Virus record (IMG/VR): IMGVR_UViG_3300020159_000429
Coordinates: 18,577-82,576 of that record
Origin: a virus
DNA: 64,000 nucleotides
Reading direction: 5' to 3' (one strand)
Shown here: in pieces, positions 47,575 to 56,294 of the stretch
How positions within the stretch are numbered: the stretch's first letter is position 1
Layout: the number at the start of each line of letters is the position of its first letter
Notes under the pieces: model-generated
The model's database searches: none
Told to the model about the DNA's origin: nothing
Seen by the model: only the letters and a program-made list of their open reading frames with translations
Made by a program: the position numbers and the translations under genes

Positions 47575-48154
47575 ATATTTTTTCCTTGATTGTTTTAGCA
47601 ACGTGTTGGTTGCCGTCTTCGGTGTAATGATTTACAAGACCTTTATTTGATAACCAGTGGTACGTAAAGTTTAAATGATTACGCTCAGTCGCATAAAATG
47701 AACTTGTTGGGGTGTGATCAATCGCTAGATACGGAATACCAATTGACCTTGATATTTCCTCTCGCATCAATCTATAGATATCAACTTGATATTGCTCGTC
47801 GTAGTGATGCTTGAACCAATTGAATGCTGTTACTATGCTTTCATCCTTTTGATCGTAATTTGCTTCAATGTCTGTAAAAATTAAATCGCAGCTTGAGTGA
47901 AGTGGTGTATTGTGAATAGAATTAAGTGTATGAACTCTAAAAGGACTAGTATGATTAACAATTACTAAATCAAACTTATTTAAATTTTGACTTTTTATCT
48001 GTTTTAGAATTTTGTATTCACCGACCCCGGCTTGTGATATATTGGTTATTTTAAATTCTGATTTAAGCAATTCGGGCCAACCCGACGGACTGTCAGGCCA
48101 TTTGGCAGAAAAACTATCACCAGCAAGTAAAATTTTTAAATTGTTTTTAGCCAT
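47552..48154 (-). CDS. SGNH/GDSL hydrolase-like protein
   Basis: LAGDSFS nucleophile block, SQAG, C-terminal NHY...GN. Confidence 0.6.
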   Translation of the reverse strand: MAKNNLKILLAGDSFSAKWPDSPSGWPELLKSEFKITNISQAGVGEYKILKQIKSQNLNKFDLVIVNHTSPFRVHTLNSIHNTPLHSSCDLIFTDIEANYDQKDESIVTAFNWFKHHYDEQYQVDIYRLMREEISRSIGIPYLAIDHTPTSSFYATERNHLNFTYHWLSNKGLVNHYTEDGNQHVAKTIKEKIYEMGFNS

Positions 48155-48954
48155 GGTATGTATTTGGTAGCAATAAGTTCGTGAAACGCTTGATTGTAAT
48201 GTTCTTTGTCATCGAGATAAAATCGTTGATGATCGATAAACTTTTGTTTAAAAAACGATTCAATGGTTAAAGGAGCAACAACTGTAGATTTTAATTTTGT
48301 ATAGAAATCAAATTTATCAGGAAATGAAACTCTATCGGTCATATTAAACAAATAAAGTTTACATCCGTGATCTTCGCACATTCGATCCATCACAAGTACA
48401 TCTTTAAAAAAATCTCTTTGTTCTAGATGAGTATTTAGGTCAAAGAATACCTTAACATCCATGAATGTATCTTTTCTAAGATCGGGTTTTATTAAACCGT
48501 TTTGATAATCAAAATTAATGTCAGCCATACGACCAAAATCTTCGTATGTTGGTTTGTTTAATAATTGAAAACGATCGTCTTTGAATATTTGATCGTAATA
48601 CAGATCGACGAGTGGGTTATCTTTATCTTGTTTTAGCGTAAAGTAATCAGCGGGTAATATATCGGTTGATAGAGTTTCATTAAACGCCAAAACAAATCTG
48701 TTAAAACTAGCAAGTAACACAAATACTTCGTCTGTGTCAGGATGTTTATCCAGCATTGTTCGTAGCCAATCTGGATAAACTCTGTTACACACCCCAGGTA
48801 ACGCATATACAGAAGATGGTTTATTAAAATGATTAGCATAACATTCAGCATAGTTATTATCATTCCACATACTGTAACTACCATATCCTACTTTGCCAGG
48901 AGTAGTTACATATCCACAGGTATGGCTATCGCCTAAAAATAATGCTCTACTCAT
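48136..48954 (-). CDS. SGNH/GDSL hydrolase-like protein
   Basis: FLGDSHT.G and C-terminal DKEHYN..FH..IA (DxxH). Confidence 0.7.
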   Translation of the reverse strand: MSRALFLGDSHTCGYVTTPGKVGYGSYSMWNDNNYAECYANHFNKPSSVYALPGVCNRVYPDWLRTMLDKHPDTDEVFVLLASFNRFVLAFNETLSTDILPADYFTLKQDKDNPLVDLYYDQIFKDDRFQLLNKPTYEDFGRMADINFDYQNGLIKPDLRKDTFMDVKVFFDLNTHLEQRDFFKDVLVMDRMCEDHGCKLYLFNMTDRVSFPDKFDFYTKLKSTVVAPLTIESFFKQKFIDHQRFYLDDKEHYNQAFHELIATKYIPWLKTI

Positions 48955-49163
48955 GTGACAAACCGACTGTTGTTTTTTTGATTTTCAAAATTCCGTTGCT
49001 CTCGTTGTAAATTTCTACATTCTTCCCTTACTGCTGGAGGAAAGTCTGGACTAATTTCTGATATTCTACAATCATATACGTGATGACCTTTACCGTAATC
49101 TGTAAAGACAAGAATAAAAATACAAAAAAGCAAAGCTATGATTATTATAATTCTGTCTATCAT
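48951..49163 (-). CDS. Small membrane-anchored protein
   Basis: N-terminal hydrophobic helix, two further Cys. Confidence 0.55.
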   Translation of the reverse strand: MIDRIIIIIALLFCIFILVFTDYGKGHHVYDCRISEISPDFPPAVREECRNLQREQRNFENQKNNSRFVT

Positions 49164-49354
49164 AGAGACTCACTAATCATTAGTCTACACATAAATGCAT
49201 CTTTTTCGTTTTTAAAAACAAATCTCATATGATGCTCACTTGGATGCGAACTATAGCGATCGCCGGGCAAGCCAAAGTGTTCAACTACTTTGGCACATAT
49301 TTCATTCCACCAAGTGTTAGATTGCTGTTCCCAAGGAACTAGTATTTCATTCAC
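49160..49354 (-). CDS. Hypothetical protein
   Basis: ORF coupled to neighbours. Confidence 0.55.
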   Translation of the reverse strand: MNEILVPWEQQSNTWWNEICAKVVEHFGLPGDRYSSHPSEHHMRFVFKNEKDAFMCRLMISESL

Positions 49355-49550
49355 TGAAATATTTCTCCATTACTTCTAATTTGTCCACATACTCGGCAAT
49401 TTGAGCAACTTCTTTCTCAATAGCATCCATTAGATCAGTGTGATCGTGAATGGCCATAGGATTAGCTAACATAATATCAACATTCATTTTATGTTTTAGA
49501 ATATGTGCTTCGAAATGTTGCTTTAGTGTTTCAACAATTTGCTTTTTCAT
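49347..49550 (-). CDS. Hypothetical helical protein
   Basis: ATGA coupling to the HIT gene. Confidence 0.6.
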   Translation of the reverse strand: MKKQIVETLKQHFEAHILKHKMNVDIMLANPMAIHDHTDLMDAIEKEVAQIAEYVDKLEVMEKYFSE

Positions 49551-49939
49551 TTTGATTTCCTATAGTTTCCCTTTTCGGGTATTACGTGACGCACCCCTCC
49601 TGTGGGGTCTTCCATATCTCCCTTGCGCCTAGGGATAAGATGTACATGTGGCCAATCTACTGTTTGACCAGCAGCTTGCCCGTAATTAAATCCAACGTTA
49701 AACCCGTCCCACACGCCCTGCTCTACCTGCGATTTACCATACCGCACAGCATCTTCAAATGCGTCCATTAGTATAGCCACAGTGTTATATTTAGGCACGT
49801 ACAACACATGTCCTTCAGTGACTGGATATTTGTCAGCAAACACCTTAACATGAAAGTCTTCAGTGATCATATTATTCCACGGTGCTGAAGTTGAATCTTC
49901 AATACAGGGCGGTTGGGTGTGTATAACTGTTTGATTCAT
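49547..49939 (-). CDS. HIT-family nucleotide hydrolase
   Basis: DKYPVTEGHVL.VPK...FNVG.N.G.AAGQTV.WPHVHLIPRR.GD. Confidence 0.92.
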   Translation of the reverse strand: MNQTVIHTQPPCIEDSTSAPWNNMITEDFHVKVFADKYPVTEGHVLYVPKYNTVAILMDAFEDAVRYGKSQVEQGVWDGFNVGFNYGQAAGQTVDWPHVHLIPRRKGDMEDPTGGVRHVIPEKGNYRKSK

Positions 49940-50163
49940 CGTTGAAATTCCTTGCGTTCTTGAGGTAGATCAATTTCACGAACTACAAACTCTCGACCAC
50001 CTAGACTGCCTCTATATGCTTTTGTGCGTTCTATATATGCTAACCGAAGTTTAATTGTTTGAAATGCTACTTCTAAGAATGCTTTTGGTTTATATCCAAG
50101 CACGTGCATATCAAAATCTTTTCCTGCGTCTGTACAGTGAACTTTAATTTTAGCATCGATCAT
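49936..50163 (-). CDS. Hypothetical protein
   Basis: ATGA coupling on both sides. Confidence 0.55.
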   Translation of the reverse strand: MIDAKIKVHCTDAGKDFDMHVLGYKPKAFLEVAFQTIKLRLAYIERTKAYRGSLGGREFVVREIDLPQERKEFQR

Positions 50164-50732
50164 TTAGTCCACCACTCTTCAAAGGGGAATTCAATCCATA
50201 TAGGAGTTTCTGCTTTGTTAATTTCCTCGCCTACATAATCCATAGGAACCTCTGCTTTACTAGCGAGGTTATCGAATACAGTGGCAAATCGAACATTGCT
50301 GTTCCAAATATTATTCCATTCGGGATCTTCAGGAAAACATCCACTAGGCCAATCTTTCAATATCCAATTTATTGTAGCACCGGTATCGTTGATATCATCA
50401 ACAATTAATATTTGCTTGGCTGTGTCGTTTTCAAATAAAGACATAGGATTGCCTTCATAGAAGTCAACTTCGTTGTGGGGATTTCCAAAAGCATCTTCAG
50501 CCATCCACAGATTGCTTTCTGTAGCATGTTCGCCGCCGTTATCTCTAAGACTGACTTTTAGAGTTTCGCATGGTATATTGAAATATTGACTGATCATAAC
50601 AGCAGGAAGCAGTCCACCTCGGGTAATGCCAACAACATAATCAGGACGCCACTCGCTGTTTACGATGTCCCTACAGATGTTTGCTACTAGTCCTTGAAAT
50701 TCATTCCAAGATACTTTACGCTTTGCTATCAT
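50160..50732 (-). CDS. Purine phosphoribosyltransferase (Gpt/Hpt-like)
   Basis: VVGITRGGL.PA, PRPP loop ILIVDDINDTGAT, WIEFPFE. Confidence 0.9.
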   Translation of the reverse strand: MIAKRKVSWNEFQGLVANICRDIVNSEWRPDYVVGITRGGLLPAVMISQYFNIPCETLKVSLRDNGGEHATESNLWMAEDAFGNPHNEVDFYEGNPMSLFENDTAKQILIVDDINDTGATINWILKDWPSGCFPEDPEWNNIWNSNVRFATVFDNLASKAEVPMDYVGEEINKAETPIWIEFPFEEWWTK

Positions 50733-51189
50733 TATTGCTCCTACGCATTGACATATACTGTTCGTTTTGAATCCATTTATTGTTGACTAAAAATCCCCAA
50801 TCTCTTTTTTGAGGGCCCGGCATGAATAATGTCCAGGCAGTAACCCCGTGTTTTAATTCAATGCGATGATAAGAATTAGCAGAACAAATGCGAAAATGGC
50901 CGGGTCTACGCCATTTACGAATCTCGCAACTCTTTGTACCGTCTGTGTTAAATTGTGGAATCCATTCATAGTAACCGCCTTTTAAAATTAATGTAGCATA
51001 AGGCCATGGATGATCGTGTATATCATCCGGATCACCTTTTAAGAATTTATGTAGGAAAATGTTAAACGGAAATAAATTTCTATCTTTTAGAAATAGATAG
51101 TAACGTTCTAAGTACGGTTCGTTATCAACGCGATCCATTATTAAACGTTTACGTCCTGCCCTTTCTAAAAGATCAAGAAACCATTTCAT
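50716..51189 (-). CDS. Cupin-fold metalloprotein (dioxygenase-like)
   Basis: LH......HDHPW....ILKGGYYE...YHRIEL...WTLF..GP..R.WGF; start taken at MKWF (ATGA overlap). Confidence 0.7.
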   Translation of the reverse strand: MKWFLDLLERAGRKRLIMDRVDNEPYLERYYLFLKDRNLFPFNIFLHKFLKGDPDDIHDHPWPYATLILKGGYYEWIPQFNTDGTKSCEIRKWRRPGHFRICSANSYHRIELKHGVTAWTLFMPGPQKRDWGFLVNNKWIQNEQYMSMRRSNNDSKA

Positions 51190-51401
51190 ACACGATCCTT
51201 TAACCATTCGTCTACTTTGGCTTCTGCTTCTTCTTGGGTGACAGCATAAGCATAAATCCAATAACATTCATCCTTGCCTTTAATATCAAATGGCACAGGC
51301 CCGTTAAACAATATACCGTCTTCTAACATACGTTTAACTTCAAACTTTTGTAAATTTTTAGCACGATTAATTAAATCGTTAGCCATGTCTACTGAATTCA
51401 T
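51186..51401 (-). CDS. Hypothetical protein
   Basis: ATGA-coupled to folE. Confidence 0.6.
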   Translation of the reverse strand: MNSVDMANDLINRAKNLQKFEVKRMLEDGILFNGPVPFDIKGKDECYWIYAYAVTQEEAEAKVDEWLKDRV

Positions 51402-52162
51402 CTTGGGGCAAACTCCTGTTGTAATTTGATATTATCAAAAAACTCTTTCTTAGTATTAGGGTCAGTTTTAAATGCTCCTGTTAATACTGTAGTCTGAGTT
51501 AATGAACTGTGTGCCATAATGCCGCGATTCTCACAGCATCCGTGCGTGGCCTGTATGTACACTGCTACATTTTTGGAGTCTGTTGCTTTGCTGATTTCCC
51601 TAGCAATGTCATTACAAAGTTCCTCCTGGAGAGTACCTCGACGGGCACACCACTGAGCGATCCTTGTATACTTGCTAAGTCCGATGAGTTTCTGAGCCGC
51701 AATAATACCAATATAAGCAACGCCAACAACGGGTTGGTGATGATGGCTACACATACTGCGAAGCTCGCTACGAACAACCAGCATACCTTCGTAACGGCCC
51801 TCTGTATCGTTTGGAAATGCTGTTGCGTCTGGTGCTGATTCATAACGTCCTGCCATTATTTCATTAAAGTACATCTTGGCAAGTCTACGTGCTGTGCCTT
51901 GACTATTAGGATCATTTTCACGATCAATAAGCAAACTATCTAGCACTTGTTCAAACGCCGGAGTTGCTTCGTTGATTAGTTTTTCTATGTCACCATCGTG
52001 TAGATAATCACTAATGTTATCGCCAGCCCAGAACCGCTTGCCTTCACGTTTCATTTTAAAGCGAAGATGATCGCCTAGGTATGCTTCTTTATAATCTTTG
52101 TTATCATCGCCTTGTTGTTCTGCTCCGGTAATGATATTATTGTATGTTCTTGATTCTGTCAA
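51398..52162 (-). CDS. folE: GTP cyclohydrolase I
   Basis: SMCSHHHQP, IGLSKY.RI, LQEEL, H.CCENRG; TTG start with GGAG SD. Confidence 0.96.
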   Translation of the reverse strand: MTESRTYNNIITGAEQQGDDNKDYKEAYLGDHLRFKMKREGKRFWAGDNISDYLHDGDIEKLINEATPAFEQVLDSLLIDRENDPNSQGTARRLAKMYFNEIMAGRYESAPDATAFPNDTEGRYEGMLVVRSELRSMCSHHHQPVVGVAYIGIIAAQKLIGLSKYTRIAQWCARRGTLQEELCNDIAREISKATDSKNVAVYIQATHGCCENRGIMAHSSLTQTTVLTGAFKTDPNTKKEFFDNIKLQQEFAPR

Positions 52163-52203
52163 TTAATATTCTCCGAGTTAATGACGTGGATGTCACATGT
52201 GTA

Positions 52204-53307
52204 TTATTTTAACATCTTTAATAGATTATCGCAACTGAAAAAGTTATCTGTTAAGATATCTACCTGTTTATTTAGGCTAGGTATACGAGTTCTGTAATTT
52301 TCCATATGTTCTATAATTGTTTTACAGATGTCTGGACGATATACAGTATAGGCATCAAACGATTCAGTCCATTTGCTAGGATATTTAAATATGTCTAAAG
52401 CCATTTCGCTATAGCTTAGTCTATCAGGCACCATTGGGATAGCATCTACAATAGCACCTTCATACCAACTGATACCGAGCGTTTCTTGTAGATTAGCACT
52501 GAACACCATTTTAGCTTCGCCTAGTAAATTATGATATTCGTTTTTAGTCAGTTGTTGATCTTGACAAACAACAAATTCGTACTGTGGCAGATGTTCTTTT
52601 AAGTCACGGAATATTTCAACCTGCTTTTCTGGAGCAATACGATGTGGGAACAAAATAAGATCACGCTTGGGCATGTTCTTATACATGAGCAAAGTATTAG
52701 TCATATACTCCATAGGCCACCCTGTACGCACAAACTTAGGATACTCGCCTGAAAGTATTTCTTTAAGTTCTTCTTCGTACCACGGATTTTCTACAGTATG
52801 CCCGTTGTTCAGTAGTTCTCTATTAAACATTTCTATATGGAACTCTGTAGCAAAGTAGTTGTGATCAAAAGCAGAAAAGAATGATTTTTCTGCGTTACGA
52901 ACCCAAGGTTTGTTACCAACTAGTCGACCTAAGAAGTCTTGAGGATCATAACTGCCGGCATGCCATAGACCGTGTGTTGTTACTGGAATGCCCAGCAACT
53001 CACTCATGTACTTTAGATTTATAATGCCCGGATGCCAAGCGTCAGTAAAAATAAAGTGGTCGCCAGGATGAACGGATCCATCACAAAACAACCGACCCAT
53101 CTGCTCAACCTGGCTAGCCTTGTATATATTGGTGCCACCAAAATTAAGAAAAGCACCAGGAGTAGTGGCTGTAGGAATATCCGTAGGGCCAGAGATAATT
53201 TGAACATCGTGTCCTGCCTTTCGTAAGAGATTAGGTACATGAGTCTTCCACTGACCCGTGTACCTTGTTTCTACTGCTTCTAGATCAACGAGAAAAATTC
53301 TGCTCAT
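52204..53307 (-). CDS. GT-B glycosyltransferase, GTDC1/QTMAN-like
   Basis: ILFPHRIAPEK and ETLGISWYE (Ex7E) retaining GT-B motifs, PDRLSYSE; start taken at MSRIFLVD. Confidence 0.8.
   Translation of the reverse strand: MSRIFLVDLEAVETRYTGQWKTHVPNLLRKAGHDVQIISGPTDIPTATTPGAFLNFGGTNIYKASQVEQMGRLFCDGSVHPGDHFIFTDAWHPGIINLKYMSELLGIPVTTHGLWHAGSYDPQDFLGRLVGNKPWVRNAEKSFFSAFDHNYFATEFHIEMFNRELLNNGHTVENPWYEEELKEILSGEYPKFVRTGWPMEYMTNTLLMYKNMPKRDLILFPHRIAPEKQVEIFRDLKEHLPQYEFVVCQDQQLTKNEYHNLLGEAKMVFSANLQETLGISWYEGAIVDAIPMVPDRLSYSEMALDIFKYPSKWTESFDAYTVYRPDICKTIIEHMENYRTRIPSLNKQVDILTDNFFSCDNLLKMLK
52206..52234 (-). promoter_or_regulatory. Sigma70-type promoter for folE
   Basis: TTGCGA-N17-TAAAAT on the minus strand. 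Confidence 0.6.
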
Positions 53308-53503
53308 TGCGTCGATGTTGTGGTTTGTATCCACGATTGTTGTCCCAACGTCGTTGTGGGCGTTGGCTGTTTAAGAATGAACGATAATTTTCATTTTCCT
53401 TATCGTACAAGTGGGTGGGATTAAATTCTCGCAGCTCAATGCGGCAAAAATCTAAGTAACGGTCGAGATCGTCGAAAATTTTCTCAACTTGCTGTTTCAT
53501 CAT
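53285..53503 (-). CDS. Hypothetical protein
   Basis: SD AAGGA before MMKQQ; lies between the T-fold gene and the GT. Confidence 0.55.
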   Translation of the reverse strand: MMKQQVEKIFDDLDRYLDFCRIELREFNPTHLYDKENENYRSFLNSQRPQRRWDNNRGYKPQHRRNEQNFSR

Positions 53504-53516
53504 GGTGTTCCTTAAT

Positions 53517-53915
53517 TTAGTATTTGATGAATGAACCATTTTCTCCATCTTCGGAGACCTCAATCCAAACCTCACGGCCTGGATATTTTTGTGAAATAGT
53601 GTCGTACAGTTCGTCCGACATCATTTCGCAACTTTTGTGATCTAGCGACAAAACACCTTGTGTGCTAGAATACAGTTGTTCAAGCCATCGCTTGAATTGT
53701 ATGAATTCCACATCTCTATCATTGTGGGTGACACTAAGCCATACCCTAAAATGGAAAATGTGACGATGAGGATTAGCCAAAAACGAAACATCATATTGAT
53801 CTCCTGTTGCTAGGTTAGGATCTGTTGCGGCTGCTGGATATTTGTGAATACCTTCTTTTCGGAAAGTAACCCAAATCATTTTAAGTGGACGAATGTCTTG
53901 TTTGATAGTTGTCAT
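53517..53915 (-). CDS. T-fold QueD paralog, DpdL-like (predicted CDG decarboxylase)
   Basis: EGIH...FLANPHRHIF (LxxxHRHxF instead of QueD CxxxHGH)...SCE...VSEDGENG. Confidence 0.72.
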   Translation of the reverse strand: MTTIKQDIRPLKMIWVTFRKEGIHKYPAAATDPNLATGDQYDVSFLANPHRHIFHFRVWLSVTHNDRDVEFIQFKRWLEQLYSSTQGVLSLDHKSCEMMSDELYDTISQKYPGREVWIEVSEDGENGSFIKY

Positions 53916-54139
53916 ACTTCGGATAGCACCTTACAAAGATTATTAATTTCTTCTCTAGTCATATTATAACTGTATGTGCTAGAAAAATCAACCTCACCGT
54001 CTTTATTTAGGCTTTCTTGAATAAAATTTACAGCAATCAGACCTTCGGGTGCTATAGACTCCCATGATTCAACTTTAACCCTATAACTAAGGTTTTCTTT
54101 AACAACGGCTGATTTAATTTTTAAGGTTGGGTGTTTCAT
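53912..54139 (-). CDS. Hypothetical protein
   Basis: ATGA coupling. Confidence 0.55.
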   Translation of the reverse strand: MKHPTLKIKSAVVKENLSYRVKVESWESIAPEGLIAVNFIQESLNKDGEVDFSSTYSYNMTREEINNLCKVLSEV

Positions 54140-54516
54140 CTTAAACTCTCTATGGTAATAATTTTTCCAAGTTCCTCGCCAAGATCTTTGTCTTCGGTAA
54201 CTACGTATAGGCTGTGACGATTCTCATCGCTCTTGCGGTCGTACTTAGTAGTTTCGATAATAGTGCCACCGCTAGCACTATAGATGTTTAATCGGAATCC
54301 TTGAGAATGCAAGTCCGGACTGCTGCTATCTTCAACAACATAACATTCATCGGGTTGATCGTCATTCATCAGCCACTGCCGAATTCTTTGTTTAATGGTT
54401 AATTTCATTGGTTTATCTTCAACTATATATTTTGCACGTTTAATTTGATTAGCACCAGTAATTCTAGGAGGTCTTCTAGACTTTGCTGTTGATGCTACTG
54501 CGTATCCACCACTCAT
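54136..54516 (-). CDS. Hypothetical protein
   Basis: ATGA coupling. Confidence 0.6.
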   Translation of the reverse strand: MSGGYAVASTAKSRRPPRITGANQIKRAKYIVEDKPMKLTIKQRIRQWLMNDDQPDECYVVEDSSSPDLHSQGFRLNIYSASGGTIIETTKYDRKSDENRHSLYVVTEDKDLGEELGKIITIESLR

Positions 54517-55097
54517 TGTAATACCTCAAAATGTTTTTGGAATGTATCACGACTGCCTGATATATTGCGAATTTTTTTCATAGCCTTATTTGTAATACGA
54601 AATTTATAAGAGTTGTGATGACCATAACCGTCAAATACCACCCATCCGTTTTTAGATTTAATTTCTTTATTTCGACATCCTGCTATTAGTTGTTCTCTAC
54701 AATCTAAATAACCTTCTTCGAGATTTTGTTGAATAAGATCAATTTCCATATCAACTAGTTTAGCATCAATTACTTCATTAAAGTCTGGATCATATGTTAT
54801 TTGATTTGGATTTAAAGACTTACGATAAAAACTAGTTTCTTTCCAGTTTCCATTATTAATAATTTTATCGATAGTATTAGAACCAATAGAGTGGTTTGCG
54901 TTACTTCGTAACTTTCTAACCTTATTATCACATCCGTATTCAGGGAGGTCAAGTAACCCTTGTTTATCAACAGTGTGTCCTTTTTGTATCATTAGGTCGT
55001 CAATAAAGTGGCCTACGGTTGCATCATTACTTGCCTGCGGAACTTTCGTTCCGAGTTCAATATTATTTTTAATGATTTTTACTCGAGGACTTTTCAT
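54513..55097 (-). CDS. Hypothetical protein, possible PD-(D/E)XK nuclease
   Basis: VGHFIDD...LDLPEYGCDNK resembles the MutH/Sau3AI-type G..IE...PD....E.K layout; weak. Confidence 0.35.
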   Translation of the reverse strand: MKSPRVKIIKNNIELGTKVPQASNDATVGHFIDDLMIQKGHTVDKQGLLDLPEYGCDNKVRKLRSNANHSIGSNTIDKIINNGNWKETSFYRKSLNPNQITYDPDFNEVIDAKLVDMEIDLIQQNLEEGYLDCREQLIAGCRNKEIKSKNGWVVFDGYGHHNSYKFRITNKAMKKIRNISGSRDTFQKHFEVLQ

Positions 55098-55627
55098 TTG
55101 ATGATCTCATCTTTGCCATATTGATCCCAATTAGTGAAGCGATCTCTTCCTAATAGGTCCTGTAGGTTATGACACCACACACCAGGATTAGTTGCATTAA
55201 AGTCTTTGTCGTCTATCTTCAGCGTAGCGTTATAGCCTAGTTGATTAATATAAGGTAATTTTACACTAATCTGTGGAATAAATCTACGCTTTTCGGTAAG
55301 ACCGCTTTCAAGCAATCCTTCCGATTCGCTGACATCAAAATCTAGTGTACACCAGAATTCATGTTCGCTATCTAGGCAAACGTAGATCATGTTTTCCCAA
55401 GGACGCCATGTTTCGGCATCATTAATGCCGAGAGTTTTAAAACTTTGATTAGCACCAAAGTAAATGTGTTCGCATTTGTGATTTCGAGCCAATTCTATAA
55501 TCACATACGGATCATGTACCCCTACTACAAATAGAGTCTTCATGCCATGAGCAGGTGTATGTTCGATCTCAATTCCGGTAAAGAAAGTAATACTATCTTT
55601 AACTCCGTCGGTATAATTACGTTTCAT
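55094..55627 (-). CDS. Hypothetical alpha/beta protein within the modification cluster
   Basis: 177-aa ORF with GIEIEHTP, HIYFGANQSF and NPGVWCH motifs. Confidence 0.6.
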   Translation of the reverse strand: MKRNYTDGVKDSITFFTGIEIEHTPAHGMKTLFVVGVHDPYVIIELARNHKCEHIYFGANQSFKTLGINDAETWRPWENMIYVCLDSEHEFWCTLDFDVSESEGLLESGLTEKRRFIPQISVKLPYINQLGYNATLKIDDKDFNATNPGVWCHNLQDLLGRDRFTNWDQYGKDEIIK

Positions 55628-56067
55628 TCTTCAAATCCTGATGATTTCATTTCGATAGTGCGTAGTTTTTCTTGCCGTTCTGCTTCATGTTTGTCACAAA
55701 GTGTACGGATCCATCCGCCACTACGGCGTGTACCAGCGTCACCACATTCCTCGCATAATTGGTCAGTTACATTTTCAGCAAAGCTAACAGCACCGCTAAT
55801 ATAGTCATCACCGCCTTGATAGTAAAACCGTAGTGTACCAAACTTTTCTTTGATCTGTTCAATAACAACCTGCGGAATTGGATTACCTTGTTTTTCACGC
55901 CAATCGATATGGTGTTGAATAGTTCCGCATAATTGTTCTAGCAGAGGCCACCAACCTTTACCGCAGGCAAATCCGCCGTACTTGTTGGCAAACATCTTTG
56001 GAAATTTTTCTTCCATTCGCCTGCTAAAACTTTCGTAATCTTTAAATTCTTGATCTTGAGTGTTCAT
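55624..56067 (-). CDS. Phage protein with C-terminal Zn-finger-like motif
   Basis: QIKEKFGTLRFY...CEECG...GWIRTLCDKH. Confidence 0.65.
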   Translation of the reverse strand: MNTQDQEFKDYESFSRRMEEKFPKMFANKYGGFACGKGWWPLLEQLCGTIQHHIDWREKQGNPIPQVVIEQIKEKFGTLRFYYQGGDDYISGAVSFAENVTDQLCEECGDAGTRRSGGWIRTLCDKHEAERQEKLRTIEMKSSGFEE

Positions 56068-56294
56068 TACCAGGTACTTACATCAGTAATATCAACGGTA
56101 GTATCGATGTCCTTATCACTATCGTTGAATAGATTGAATTTAACAACAACAGTAGAACCAATTCCGCTGCTATTGCTTTCCTCGAGAGTGAACCACTCTA
56201 CTTCTTTGAAGTGATCCGCCATCTTAGCAAGTTTTTTAATTTGTTCTTGATTAAGAGCAAATTGAGTTGGTTGATACTTTTCTTTTTTAGACAT
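56067..56294 (-). CDS. Hypothetical protein
   Basis: TAATG coupling. Confidence 0.55.
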   Translation of the reverse strand: MSKKEKYQPTQFALNQEQIKKLAKMADHFKEVEWFTLEESNSSGIGSTVVVKFNLFNDSDKDIDTTVDITDVSTW

